Source of the DNA: Takakia lepidozioides
Lineage: Eukaryota; Plantae; Bryophyta
Assembly (NCBI GenBank): GCA_030704615.1
Contig: CM060731.1
Span: 6,200,001 to 6,264,000 of the forward strand
Direction of reading: 5' to 3'
DNA: 64,000 bases
This document shows positions 49,166 to 63,446 of this stretch, in pieces. The number at the start of each line of letters is the position of its first letter. The first letter of the stretch is position 1. The position numbers were made by a program, and so were the translations under genes. The notes beneath the pieces are model-generated. The model made no database searches. It had not been told where the DNA came from and saw nothing but the letters and a program-made list of their open reading frames with translations.

Positions 49166-50439
49166 ATCCAGCTGTGCGCGAAGCTTCCGCTTGGCAGTCA
49201 CACTGCACTTGGACCGAGCTATCACACACACAAGTGCCTACAGCAGAACTTTAGCCATATTAATTAGGAACATGGTTCAAGCAAGACCCCCTCCAACTGC
49301 CCAGACAGACAAGGAGAATGAGCAAGAGCAAGACAGGTTGCACTGGTGCATCCATGATAGCATGAGCCCCCACGACGCTTGACCCTTCCCACCTCCAGCG
49401 AGGGGGGAGGAGCGACCAGATACAGACGTTGACTAACCAGGAATCAATGGCGAAATTCGCGGTGCCCGAGAAAGAAGGACCGAGTAATGTGTGCCAGGAT
49501 CCTCCAACAAATGTTTGCAGTCCGCAATTCCGTATGTGCTACTCCACCTGCCAAAACATCCCACTTCGGCTTCAATTACATACTCAAGTCTTTAGCGTGG
49601 GAGTTTAGTAATTGACTACCAGGCCCACCCCTGAAAGGAAACAGAGGTGAATTGGCTCTGGGTTGGCTGGAGTCTTCTCTCTCTCCCCTTCTTAATTGAC
49701 TACCAAATCTATATCTCATGGATCCTCACATAAGTGTACACATCGATCACCCATCTGCACATTGTGGGCATGGAACTCAATCCTCGATGCACAACTGCTG
49801 TTGTCATGGGAGGGGAGAGAGAGAAACAGAGAGATGGACGGGCAGGCCATAAACCTCACCACACAACCACTCTCCCCCCGATTCTAACCTTTTGCACGAA
49901 ATGGAAGAAGTGCGGCCCTTCGGTCTCAGGGACGAATTGAAAGAGAGAACTGTACTCTTTGACTGGCCTCTATACACAGTGAGGCTCGCCATAACCTTCC
50001 GGCCATAGACACGGCGCAGCTTGTGGAGCGGGTATTTGCGTGAGAGAAGAGGCCGATGGGGCGCTGACGCCCGCATACGCAGAATTGCGTGTGCGACTGT
50101 GTGGATTGTAGAAAAGCGAGCAGACGCACACATTCTGGAGAGAGACCACATTCTCCTCTTTCCTTCCTTCTTTCTCTCTGTCTTTCTTTCAATCTTTCTC
50201 TCTCTCTCTTTCTTGGGTTCTGGTGGCAGGGCAGAGGCGCATCAGCATACCAAGGCCACTTGGCCGTGGTTTATTGGCAAAAACTACACGGAGGTTTGTG
50301 TGCTGGCTTTCCACTGCCGCATGTCGGAGGTTGACTGGGTAGGACTGAAGGAAGTTAGGGTGCACAAAGTCAAACGGCATGACATGGCATCAGACTAAGA
50401 ACATAGATTCTCTGCCCGCTGCCCGAACATGGCTGTGCT

Positions 50440-51885
50440 TGGGGCCACCCTTTGTAGCAGCTCTGAAATCAGCCACAATTTATAAATCAATATATGAAGC
50501 GAGACGTTTGTTTTGTTTTGTTTTGTTTTGTAGAGTCGTTGAGATCCCCAAAACCGTGGGGAAACCGCGGGGCCAGCCCCGGTGCTTGGTGCCATTGGAA
50601 AGCCCTCGATGAGGAGGGGTGCACCGGCTTGGTCTCATGATTTTTGGACGAGCGGTGAGGGAGATGTGGAATTCCAAGTACTTTTGGTAGTTGGAAATTC
50701 ACAAAAAATAGAAAAAATGGCAAATCGAGGGGAGAGATATCAAGGGAAAGGTCTTCGGTTCAAATCTGGTCGTAGGCTCTGTGGGAAAAAACTTACTTAG
50801 ATGACATTGGACACTTGGGCCAACGGCAAAAGCTATCCTAGAGATTGTATTTGGGCCTCGACATAGGAAACGCACCTTGATACGTTGGGGATTGCACTTG
50901 GAGATAGATGACAGTGGACACTTGGGCCAACAGCACAGACTACACTAGAGGTCGCACTTGGCCTCGACATAGGAGACGCACTGGGATACATAGGGGATTG
51001 CACTTGGGCTTAGATGACACTGGACACTTGGGCCAAGGGCACAGGCTACCCCCACTGGAAATTCGGGGAAAATAGCAAATTGGGCTTTCCTTGAGCATTG
51101 ATTGGCCCTTCACGTGGGAGATTTGGAATTTCAAGTACTTTTGGTCGCTGGAAATTTGCGGAAAATAGCAAAGTGGATATATCAATATATGAAGCCTCGA
51201 CAGGGGAGATTGCAAAAATAACAAAATAGGCTTTGTTGGAACTGGAGGGTCTCCCAAACTGCAGGGTCTTTGGATGCATAGGGGATTGCACTTGTGGGGG
51301 TTGCAAAGTGGGCTTTGGGATTGCACTTGGACTTAGATGACATTGGACATTGGAGGTCGCACTTGGGCCACTACATGGGAGAAGCACTTGGATACATAGG
51401 AAATTGCACTTGGGCTTAGATTTCAATTCTTCACACACAGGCCTCGACATAGGAGACGTATTTGGATACATAGGGATTGCACTGGGACTTGATGATACTG
51501 GACACTTGGGCCAATGGCACAGGCTACCCTAGTCAATATATGAAAGAAGCCAGTTTGTTTGTTTTGTTTTGTAGCGTTGAGATGTCCCAAACCGCGAGGC
51601 CGCAGCCCCGGTGCTTGGCACTGTTGGAAAGCCCTCGACGAGGAGGGGTGCACGGGCTTGGTCTCATGATTTTTGGATCTGCAGTGTGGGAGATGTGGAA
51701 TTCCAAGTACTTTTGGTCGTTGGAAATTCACAAAAAATAGCAAAAATGTCAAAGTGGGCATTCTTGGGACAATGGTTGGAGCCTCGACGGGAGAGATATC
51801 AAGGGAAAGGTCTCTGGTTCAAATCTGGTCGTAGGCTCTATGGAAAAAAACTTACTTAGATGACATTGGACACTTGGGCCAACGC
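50440..51885. repeat. Complex repeat: ~350-bp direct duplication (about 50485-50825 and 51533-51883) enclosing degenerate subrepeats
   Basis: Shared GGAATTCCAAGTACTTTTGGT...AAAAAACTTACTTAGATGACATTGGACACTTGGGCCAAC; internal GCACTTGG / GGATACATAGGGATT subunits. Confidence 0.8.
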
Positions 51886-52816
51886 GACAATTGTGCCAAT
51901 TCTAGAAAACAATTGGATCAAGTAACGAAGATGGTCATATGAATGTAGTACATATGGCAAGCCCCTACTAGCATCTGCAAATAATAATGTCAGAATATCA
52001 CGGAGGTTACATGTCCTCCATAACATGCCATATTACCGTATACCGTACTTGTAGGTCGGTTTTGGCACCCAACTGCCGAATTAATTAATTTTTGAGACAT
52101 AGGTGATTTCGACACATGGAAAGTAGTTTCCAAAGTTTTCTGCACTTGCCGTGGCTAATTTTTCGATTAAGGGGTCACTAGTCTACTCACTAGTTACTAG
52201 TGACCGTACTAGTTTCTAGTGACTGTACTAGTTTCCAACGTGGAGGACGGTTGTGAGGATACTGATGAACAACAAGACATGGAGGAGTTGTTCGAAGATG
52301 AGGATATGATGCTCCAATGTGCTATGAGTGAAGCTTGAAGTGCACTAGGTTTAGTTGCTCGTTGATAAGTGGATTCAGATTTGTATTTTCCATTTTCAAC
52401 ATATTCTCCTTCAATTTTTATTAATTCGGACATTGTGAGCTTGGAATTTCTCGAATATTTCAGACAAAATGGTTCAATTTTCTCCATATTTCTGGACAGT
52501 GCCATTTTTAATTAATTATGTGTGAAACCGACCCGCGCGTAGCGTATATCTGTTATATAATATATGGCTTATATATTCACTCCAATTTTATATAAAATTG
52601 GTGTAAAGGCATATGGCGTTGTGATAGAATACAGAAATGTGCATAGGAGATGTAATTTTAGCATAAAATTCAATGGTGAATACATGTAGTGTGACATAAT
52701 AAAAATACAGGTCGGCATATAACTCGTCAAGTCATTATACCAGCCACATCATGATACTAGGAAGATTCTGAAGACCTCTTGAGATTACCCAATGATGCTC
52801 GGAAGAAACCTCCTAA

Positions 52817-53220
52817 GGGCCTTACCACACGAGCGGGAGTGAGCTCGAGTGACATGGCAGTCCCTGGCTAGGATTATAGCACCTGTATGTTATGGAGAGT
52901 AGGCCCATGTCAGCAAAAACAAACCAATGCTACCACATGAGCGGTTGTTGAGAAGCAAAAATGAATGATTCAGATGAGGGCCACAACGAGAAGGAGCAAA
53001 TCGCGACAAAGAAGTTCCCTAACATTTCGGATTTCCAGGCAATAGTCCCTGGAAATCCTACTTTCGTGGAGAGGCTCCACATAAGCACCACGTCACATTG
53101 CCTTCTCGTTGCCTTGCCATTCCTCCCGTAGGTGAGGGTGTCAGTTTATAATCCATCAACCAATCAGCAGGCCTTTAGCAGGTTGCGGGGACTTCCACTG
53201 CCGCTCGTGTGGTAAGGCCC
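52817..53220. mobile_element. Tourist/PIF-Harbinger MITE
   Basis: 20-bp perfect TIR GGGCCTTACCACACGAGCGG / CCGCTCGTGTGGTAAGGCCC with TAA target-site duplication. Confidence 0.93.
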
Positions 53221-54677
53221 TAAGATTACCCAATCCAACTATGCAATAGAACTTCAAGCAACCATTCCCAATGACACATCCATAAAATAAAAAATCAACT
53301 AGCCATGAAATTCAGGGCCATTGACAGCAACACCAAACATATGATCGCCAACTGTGGTGGAATATCCTTTGCTGTTATTCTACCACCAATCCCCTTGCCT
53401 CGCTGCCACACCTCCATAGCTATGGTGCTTTCCCTTGGTGAAGAGACACCATAATTTACGCTCCCTTCGGAAGGCGTCTATATTTAATTTGGTGCTTTCC
53501 CTATCCACACCCGCCGCTCTTCCCCAAAGTCTACCCACCCTCCCTCTTCGTGCGCTCCCTCTTTGGCTATAGCCTGGCTGACATGGCCACACCTCTACCA
53601 GAGCCTCTTTCCGGAGCCTCCCACCATTCTACAACCCGAGTTCAAAGTGTAGCTACTTATTACAACTAAAATGATAAGATGTGCATGGGATTGTAGAAGT
53701 TGGCCATGTTTGAGTGGAAGCTTGGAGAATAGACGCTTTCTTTCCATTTCTATCTCTATGTCCACTAGTTTAACCAAACGTTTCTAAATTCTTTATTCAA
53801 CATCTCTTGTGGCCCACTCTTCGCAAGCACACATACAAACAATTGCCTCCTGATGGGCGGTGGACATCCCACAGTGACACACAGCTTCTTTATGTTTGGA
53901 ATGCATTGTAGAGTACTTAGAATTTGTGTGTTCCTTCCAGCGAATCCAGTGAAACAATAAATGTACCAGACCAACACTTTTCTGTAAAGTTCTAGATCCG
54001 AAGCTAGACTGCAAATAAGGAAAGGATGACACCTCCCCAAGGATGCATAAATTATGGTGTCCCTTAGTGACTGCACTATGTTTGCACAAAGAATGCATGT
54101 TAAGTCCCCATGAGGAACAGTCAACATGGCCAACCTGTATGGTAGATATATGTGTACACCAATGTGTTATGTACTCGATACTTTGAGCAAGCAATCCTGG
54201 AACAAGTACAAGATGGGAAAGTTTTATTAAGCAAATTGTTGCACCCATATCTTATCTTCACTCATGCTATAACTCAAGTCCAGGTCCTCAATAGTCCACC
54301 ATTTCCTGAATTACGATGTGAAGCAAGAGCCATGTAGTCTGACTAACAATACTTGCCAAATGTGTATGTCCATAATTCGCGTCTTCCCATCTGGTCAACT
54401 TCATTTCATGTGGGTGATGTGAAGACACTGCAAATGCAGTTTCCTATCCTACTAAAAAAATGATCATCCTATGAAGCTGTTAGCACCATATCAGGTACCT
54501 CACAAGTTGTTCACGATAGTACCAGAGCTACTGAGTATGATTGCCAAAATCTACCAGACAGCTCTCAAACTGAAAATGGGTCACTGTTGAGCGTGAGCTT
54601 CACACTAGTGGTAGCGCTGCGTGTACTACCCTCGTACCCTCAACAGAGGATAAGGGCATATTGTCAAATGGAGCAAG

Positions 54678-57600
54678 TCAGCGCTGATGTTGCAGCAGCT
54701 CATTGCAGTATTTCTTGAATGATCCACACTCCTCTGCTACGAAGTCACTGCACAGCACCACCAGCAACATCACATTGATTACCAAAGCATTGAAGTACAG
54801 CCAACAACCTTTGCCACCAATATTCTTCTGAACAGACTGTGTTGTAAACAGTTACCAAAGCGAGTTACAAAGCGGCACAAGACAATGACCTTAGCCATAA
54901 TCTGCACAACTAATCCTTAATATTTATCAGCAACATCAGGAGGTTGGGCGAGCAAATCGTACAAAATTCGTTGGGCCATGTGAGCAGCGTCCCACCGAGG
55001 GCTCCAGGGGTAGTCCTGGTAAGGACGTGACACTAGCGGCTTTCCTCGAAGATCAAAATGCTGTTACATCACGCAACCATCATGAGCAAAGGAAAGGCCA
55101 AATTAGTGCATCGGGTGTTTATGCTCAGACTGCCCAAGCAGTCGGGAAGCCAACTGCACCACCTGCATATTGTGCAGCATGTACTATGTTCCAGGAAGAG
55201 GCCCCAAGTGGCTGCCACCCATCACTCTGAAAGCTAAGTGTGGGCACATCCAGCTCATGCTCATAGTGCAAAGGTGATTTTGCTGTCTGGGAAATGTTTT
55301 CCATGCTACATCTGATGAGAAGGCATTGAGAATACCTGAGAGCTCTGAAAGGTCAGAGTTGGCTGCAGTTTTGGAAATTGGATTGGCAAAGCAAAATGGA
55401 CCTACATATGCAGACCCAGCCGCCCCCCGGTCGTTGCTGTTTAGCACTTGACACGACAAGCAATCCCAACATCTCAAAATGATGCCAAAGGCCAGACCAG
55501 AAAAGACAACAGCAAGCAAAGACGAGAACAGAAGGTCTTGCTTGGTGAAGGTAGAGGACATCTGAGAAGTACTAATTAAGTTTTGTGGCTGTTGTCAAAT
55601 TAGATGCAAGTTTGATGCAAGATGAGTAGAGGAATGGGTGGCGTGGGCACATGCAGTGCTAAAACACAAATAGAGCAGCTACTCCCCCTCCAGTAAATAC
55701 ACTCCCAACATAGACATCACAGGCTGAACCACTGCTAGCAACCATATTGTCTCCAGTAGAAGAGCTGCTTCAGCCCACAGACAGACTATTAGAGCTTACC
55801 AAAAATGTAAAGACTCCAGATGAAGCTACCAAGGAGATCCTCCGACAATATGTCTGCGTGCATGCCAGAAACACAGCTCCTCTCCATGAGTTAAAACCAA
55901 TGACAGACAGAACACAACAAGCATGGAGTCTTGCAGCCACACGACATGCAATTAGCTACACAGAACTTCCACTGACTCTTCTGATTAAGAAAATATTCAG
56001 TGGCAGGAAAATAAACTTTCAGAGAAGGACCAACCGCGTCAGCTTCAAGAGGACGTCCAAATAAGGGGAATAATGCCTCCATGAAGGTCCTCCGCGAAGA
56101 AACGGAAACGCGTGCCTCTCTTACCTGCCATGTTCACCAATCAACCTCAGGTCTTTAACCACTTCTGGTTGCTTCACAACTTCATGATTGCACGACAAAT
56201 TGATTGTCTACACCTTCCAATCTTACAAAGATCGGACACACTGAAGCTACTGGAGGAGATAATATGTCCTGTTTTGGAAGGCACACCTGCTGTTGCAGTA
56301 TATGTTGCAAAGAGGGAATGTACTCCATCAGACACCTGCACCACACCACATCCCAGTGAATTCCCCACACATAATGAACGATGCTGCAACTCATAGATCG
56401 AGAGAAGTGTTACTCACATGCTGCCAGTCAATGCAGGGAGCTTAACGTCATCAACATCAAACACCTCACGCATGGCTAGAGGTGCCACAAGCTTCAACTG
56501 GGGTGCACCTCCTGCTGCTTGGCCTTTTTGCACAGGGAATTTCACCTGCATCGCCCACTTGGTCAATGATAGCCATCCCAACAACTGATTACATGCAAGT
56601 TAACAATCCCTTTGTTCTCTGTTCCCTTCCCCTCTCTGCCCCTGGGGAAGTGGAATGCCATAGAAACATATAAGCTGTAGTACTTGGAAGAAACGACGCC
56701 CAGACCAGGTTTCTCATGATGAGTTTGAGGCCATTAGCTTAACAAAGGCTTGTGAAGCATGCTTCCTCTCAGAACTATATACAAGTAAGAAAGGCGAACT
56801 GGATGTACTTGCAAAGAGATGTCCCTCCAAATAGCGGATGCAGGCGCCCGGGGGGTACCAACATGGGTTGCTTCCACCTCTAGCACCAATGGCACTGCAA
56901 AGTTCACCTCCTCTGACTGTCCTGCAGGTAGCAATGAATGAGCCCTTATTGGGAATCAAGTAAATTGCCAAGTCGTCCAATGCACTAACTGATTTCAAAC
57001 GTGTAATCCCACTTTGTAGAGAAGTAGCAACTCACCCAGTCAGATGCAGTGACCACACACATCTCCAAGCCCTGCATGCAGAAAGAGCTTGGCATGCTTT
57101 AGTAGCTCTTCTGACTGCACCAAATATATCCGTCCCTAATACACTGAGCAAACCAATCAAGCTACTCACAAAGAAGTATTAGCAGGTCTACTGTGCCATA
57201 AAGCACACTCAACCTGAGTTCATCAAAGTAACTGGCAGACCTGAAGACCACTCAAGGTGTTCAGCTCGAAGCGCACACGAGAGTCATTAATCGCCTCCAC
57301 CTTCTTGCGCTGGTACTGCAGGTACAATGCCCTGTAACACAATTCTTTCTGTTTTAATGACTATCCATCCACTCAAACAGCTCACACAAGAAGGTAAAGT
57401 GGGTCGACCTGCTAACACCTCCAAAAGATGACCAATTCCAATTCAAAATAGTAGGTATGATAGCCTAAAATGCACCTATAATGTGCACATATCATGGCCT
57501 GTAGATGAAATAGCAGCAATATGAGGCATGTGCAGAAAAATTTCACCACACACACGGCCTGTAATATAACAGAGCAGACTGCCAGAAAGGAGTAACTAGA

Positions 57601-59087
57601 TTGTCATATGACAGAAAGATGTCGTCAGCTCAACTATACCACCAATCAAGTTGTGCATAGGGTGTGGCATGTAAGGTGCAGAGTAGGCTAGAGGGATGAG
57701 CTTTAGGATACGTGGAACTACCCTACCTACACATATTGCTTGATATCAGCCACCTCGACTTATTCTCTTGATCTTTACATTGAGATAAATCGCATCTATC
57801 CCTTGCTCATGGTATGGGAGACCTCACACAGCAGCTAAAATGACGTTAAAGTACTGCAGCATACGATAGCAAATAATGGCTGTACCTCATCACCATAATC
57901 AGCTTAAAGAGTCTGGAAGGATCATTGGCTGTCCAGTCTTGCAATAGTGAGCAAAGTGGAGGAGAAGGTGCAGAATCAACAACATCATTGAGCGGTTGAA
58001 ATTTGTCATCGTCAGAAGGAAAAATGATGTCAGGCGGCACTCGTGCATCCAGACCATTGTACACTACCTCCCCTGCCATGCATGCTCTTTTCAGTACTCA
58101 CACACATAACCAGCTCCACCAATCCATGACGCCCTCTCATGGTCTGCGGCCTCTCTTGATGCAAACATTGCCCCCCTCTCTAATCCCCTCATTCCTCTAA
58201 CAATTACACACTAACAAAATAACCGGCAGGAGAGCATGGGAAACACAGAGCGTACATTTCACATGAACTAGGCAGCATGGTACTAGCAGAGTGAACCGAT
58301 CCAGGCATCGACCCTTGCGCGAGCCTGATCGCAATTGCTCTACCTGTCCCCACCCACAGTGAGTCTCGTTCATGGTTATAAATGACTTGCGTGTATCACT
58401 CTCTCACAGTTGGGAGATCACACAACTCTGGCACCCCGTATGTCTAACCCTAAGTTGTGAAGCAATGATGTCACCTGTGTCTCAGACCTGTGGACGACAC
58501 GAAGTCTTCATACACAGCAAGCTTCCAGTATCACATGCGTGTGAAACATTTGTCAATTTTCTCACAGACTTAAAGAACGTAAGGTAACACAAACAAGCCT
58601 TTCTAACCTTTCATTATAAAGCTGACACATTATGTTGAACAATAAAGAGATGCCAATACCAAGACCAACAAGGTTCAGCAGTCCAATTCACATAGACATT
58701 CCACGCCCTGCACAAAGCTGTAAGCGAGAACAACCTCCATGCGCGGACTTTGTGAAATTTATAGGACATGCCTCAGGGTCTTAACGCAGGCACGAGAATC
58801 CGAATTCACTTCATTTCATAACTAATCTCCGTTGCATTAGCTTGACATTCGCATATCAGCGGGATTATCATCCTTCGAGCCAGATCAATACCATTTTCTT
58901 TGAGACTGGTCACTGCACATATGCGCATCGGTGCTATGAGGCAATTGGACACGAAAATCGACCACAGAAGAGAATGCAAAAGCGGAAACGAGAAAGTGAC
59001 AAGACTAACCCGCAAGGGCACGGAAGTGGCATGAGTTCGGAGGTAATCCAGCTGTGCTTCCAGCCATGGAGGCGCGCGTGCCTCCAT
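54678..59087 (-). CDS. BRE: BRE/BRCC45 (BRISC and BRCA1-A complex member 2), multi-exon; not all internal exons resolved
   Basis: PPWLEAQLDYL, DRFTLLVPCCL, VVYN..PPDIIF, QYQRKKV...RVRFELNT, FMEALFPLFGRPLEAD, YPWSPRWD and final exon DFVAEECGSFKKYCNE. Confidence 0.85.
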
Positions 59088-59375
59088 CCACTCCACAATC
59101 TGCAGCGCTGCAGCGTCTGCAGCGCGCGACGCTCTTGTTTGTAGTTCTGGAAGAGGAAGAAGCCGTAGGTATGCGAACAGGCAGGTATCGATACGTCCTA
59201 CTAGATACATACGTACCTAGATACATACTGATACGAAATAGATACATGGTATGTACGGGTAACCCTAAGGGGGAAAGGAGGGGCTGCGGCTTTCCCGCAC
59301 ACGCTCTCATCTTCTTGCAGGGCAGCAGCGCTTGCAGGGATCGGCAGGTTGCAAGGAGCGAGGAGGGATTTGGCC
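59088..59375. promoter_or_regulatory. Compact bidirectional promoter between BRE and NTF2
   Basis: Divergent ATGs 288 bp apart; repeated GATAC motifs at 59185-59250 and a telobox-like AACCCTAA at about 59261. Confidence 0.6.
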
Positions 59376-60040
59376 ATGGATCCGGATAGCCTGGCGAAGG
59401 CATTTGTGGAGCACTACTACTCGCAGTTTGACACAAATCGCGCAAATCTCTTCTCGCTATATCAGGAAGGCTCCATGCTCACCTTTCAGGGGGAAAAGTT
59501 CCAAGGCGCTCAAAACATCAGTGCCAAGCTCAACAGCCTGCAATTCCAGCAGTGCAAGCACACCATATCTAGCGTCGACTGTCAGCCTTCCGGCCCGGCG
59601 GGTGGGATGCTCGTGTTTGTCAGCGGCCATCTGCAATTGCCTGGTGAAGAACATCTGCTGAAATTCAGTCAGGTGCTGCCTATTTTTCTTCTACCAGTTT
59701 GTTCTGGCCCACTCTCTTTCGTGATTTGTCTTTTGCTGTGTAAATTATGTGATCGGCGTGTCATCTGGTGATCTCACGGTCATGTCGCGAGATAGAGGTC
59801 TTCGATGAAAGGTTCACGGGTCGCAGGTTTCTACCATTAGGCTGCTGATGTGATTGACGGCTTGGGGAGCTCTTCTTGTTCCGTGAACAATAGTGTCTCT
59901 GAAAGATATTCTTCGTGTCTGAACTGAACTTAGTGTTGAGTGTGTGTTCCTGTCTGGTGTTTCAGATGTTTCACTTGATTCCATCGTCACAGGGAAGCTT
60001 CTACGTGTTCAACGACATTTTCCAGCTCAATTATGCCTGA
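59376..60040 (+). CDS. NTF2: Nuclear transport factor 2, 2 exons (59376-59672, 59966-60040)
   Basis: MDPDSLAKAFVEHYYSQFD...LYQEGSMLTF...VDCQPSG...KFSQ|MFHL...NDIFQLNYA. Confidence 0.95.
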
Positions 60041-62902
60041 GAGCCTTGTGTGTGAGATTCGCTGTCTTGCAGCGGAGGAACTGGGTTGCGTGATGTTGGT
60101 GTAGGATGTGGAACTATGACTTAAAGATCAGGGGCAAGGCACCATGATGCAGGGTGAGTGAGCCTTGGTAGTCAGTTTCGAACCTCGATCAGAGGCAACG
60201 GTGGTCCCTGAAGTAAACTGTTAAACCAACCTGTGTTTGTGTCAATGCCTGCGATAGGAAAGTATTCATGTTCAATATCTTGCCAAAAGTCCGTAATTCT
60301 GGTAGCCAACTCATGGTAAGTCGGGCATGGCAACTATTTGTGTTCTAGTGCCTAAAGTTGTTGGTTGCAGTTTCTGTCATATCTCATGGACTTGACAGCC
60401 TGTCATGTGATGGTGTTTAATATTTTGTGATTTGAGGCAATTTGTGTTCAATGCTAAGAAGTATGTCAAGTCTGGCCACTCAGGAGTCAGTGTTGGTCAC
60501 TCTCTGAAAGGTAGAGGAGGAGAGAGAAGGAGAGAGAGAGATAGAGCATGTGTGTTTGTGTGAGACAACCATATTGAAGGATGCTGGTATTGAAATTGTG
60601 GTTATGAGTCAAGTGATTATTCTTTGAAGGGAATCTGGTCAAAGCCCATGTGTAGCATTAAGCATTAAGAATGGACTGTAGTTGGTGTTTCACTTGATCT
60701 CTCACGTTGAATGCGCGAATTTCATAGTGATGCATGCCTACTCCACACGTCCTATTTGATGCCATTGCTTATGTATCACAGTTGCAGTTAATGTTGGAGG
60801 TGCCACATGATTGTACTCTCATAATCAATGGAAGCAATGCTTTGGAGAACAAACTCTTCCTGATATTAAAAGTAGTCAAGCAATTTGGGCAGGGAAAAAT
60901 GCTTCATGATTGCAAGGGGGATTGTAGCTACTTGGTAAATCAGTAAGCCTTCTAGAAGGCTACCTACCAACTTTTCAGAGTAGGTTTGGATGCGTCAGTT
61001 CACACGAGTATGTAAAACGCTGTTATGCAGGTTGGATTATTAGTATTTGAAACCTGGACTTCCTCTTATAATCAAATATATGGCATGCGTGTCTGTATTC
61101 AGAACAGATCAGGTTTAGGTACTATTTACCTCATCCTACAGTTCCTCTTCGAGAAATAGGGATTGTCACCCCTGAAGTGACAAACTACTGTTTACTTATG
61201 ATGTCCCTCATTGCAAAGTGTTGGATTGTTGCTGGTTCCAATGGCATGCAATTTTTATGGAATTTTGAGAGCCTTTGTTTTGAATCAGAGTCTGCAATGG
61301 AATGGTGAGGCTCCAGGAGAAAAATCTGGGGTCACTCCTTTAGTCTGTTAACTGTTGGCAGATAAGTAGTAAGCCTACCCTCTACTTGGGGTTAGAGTTC
61401 CTAATTGTTTGTTTCAAGGTGCTGTCATTATGGAAGCAAGGGCTCTCTGCAGGTTGGGTAGCAAATAATCCATATGGAAATTGCGCATGCTTGCAGGCAT
61501 GTTGAAGTACACGTTATAGGTGTGAAGTAGTATTTGCTGAAAGGAGCAAGTTAAACAAGTTCTGGACAGTCTGTGTCAAATCATAATCTGGTTTCTGAGT
61601 TGTGATGGAGTGAGATTAGAAGTTTGGAGGATGTTTAGAAGCTTCTTGGAAGAGAAGTCAGAAACCAGAATCCTCCCCAGATTCTGTACATGCCCACGTA
61701 CTCAGGCATTGCTTGGGCTGATGGCTGTTCAATTGACTCTTAAGGACCTCGCAAATGAGAGCATGGACCTACATTCTACGACAAGGCTACATAAAGAGTC
61801 CATGACTCAGTAAGCATACACGCTGTTGCTACCAAACCGAGTCAAACTACAGTTCTGGCTAGAAGGGGGTGCAGCTACCCCTACAAAGCAGATGAAAATA
61901 ACGTTTAAACTATGGAGGGGTGCTCTCTACTAATGCATTGCATTCACCCCTGTTGCCTTCATATATGTATTATGTATCAGAAGTTAGTGAATGTTCATCA
62001 GAAGTGAATACTTAGAAGGTTGAGTCTACTTTCAATCCTAGCTCCCCAGGGTTCAACTTGCCTCATGTTGGCAAGTTTCCCTGCAAACAACTCAACCTAC
62101 TAACACTGGGCAATATACTAATATTGTGCAGGTGAGTCTTTGCCACCACATACTCCAAGAGTGGAACCTTCTACAGGTGACTCTGGGTTCAAATCCGGCT
62201 ACCTTGTTGAGTGTGGTATGATCTTCCTTGGACGGTGTCCCATGAGTCCTATGCAGCTCCCTGCATCATGGCTGAAAGAGGTTACTTTGTCCTCTCCCTA
62301 TAATTAAGGGGCCTCTTGAGTGTATCCCTTTAAAAAAACAAAAAAGACCTTTTGTAAGAGCTTGGGTGGCTCATTATGCCAATACTGAGGAGGACCACCT
62401 GGCAGAATCATGTGCCACTGCTTCCCATTCTGCATGCGGATTGCGCTCTCAACGTGAGGGAACACAGACCTAACTTAGAAACTCCAGGGAACTGAGCAGC
62501 CCTGTCCTTTGTCCTGCTCGGCTGAACTTTTCGGGTCAAGCATTTTGGTCAAGCCTCGTCTCACCAAAAAGCTCTGCCACCACCTTCCCCTAATACCAAG
62601 AAGCTAATAAGGTTGTTGGTAAGGTGGAAACTGGAAACTTACATGCTCTCCAAGTGCTCAACTGGGCATTCAACCAGGATACTCTAACATTTTACTTGTG
62701 TATCTGCACTGTCTCCTGCAGTTAGAGTGAAACCAGGGCTGTCATAACGTCATCGCATACTGAATTACAGCGTGGAATGGAAGGTGTGTAGAAGCGCAAG
62801 ATTGGTTGGTAACTGACACTGCAGAATTTCAGCTCAAGATGGTTTGCATAGCTTCTATTTTAGGGTTTGCCGCCCCTCCTCTTAGGGTTACAGCCGCTGC
62901 GA

Positions 62903-63006
62903 TCTAGAACCTTCATCCCGCCCATCCCATGGGATGGCATGGGATGGGGACGGGGATGGGGATGGCCGGGGCTTCTAGAATGGTCTTCCCAAGTGAGATT
63001 CGGAAC
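62903..63006 (+). promoter_or_regulatory. Heat-shock-element-like nGAAn inverted repeats
   Basis: TCtaGAAccTTC (62903-62914) and TTCtaGAA (62973-62980) upstream of the Hsp70-family gene. Confidence 0.55.
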
Positions 63007-63446
63007 GTGGCAGACCGTGCCTCCTTCATCCTACATTTACGGGTCCACGTCGGCACACGCGGCAGATGGTGCCTTCTCTTCATCCAACATTTCCGTGCCT
63101 GCGTCGGCACGTTTTAGCTAGTTGTCAGGATGTGGATGTTTTCCGTCGATGAAAACCAGAGAATGGACGACTGTTACAAGGCGCTGGTTTTTTGCATCCC
63201 GATGTGCATCCATGTGGGGCCATGGATGGATGGATGGCATGCATGGAGGGGGGAGGGGGCAAGCTGGGAGGAGAGAGAAGGCTGCTGCGAAGGGATTCAG
63301 CGAGAGTGCTGTGCTGATTCTTCGATCGAGGAGGTGGTGGTGCAGGAAGCTTTGGAGATTGGGAGTTTGTTTGTGGGATCCGGGTGTGGCCGTGCGTGCC
63401 TCTTGCGCATTCTGGCCGAGGGCTTTGGCAAGGGTGGCAGTGCAAG

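Noticed and set aside
62130-62210. tRNA or SINE (GGTTCAAATCC B-box-like motif)
   Set aside because: No cloverleaf or convincing A box, and no second copy in the window.
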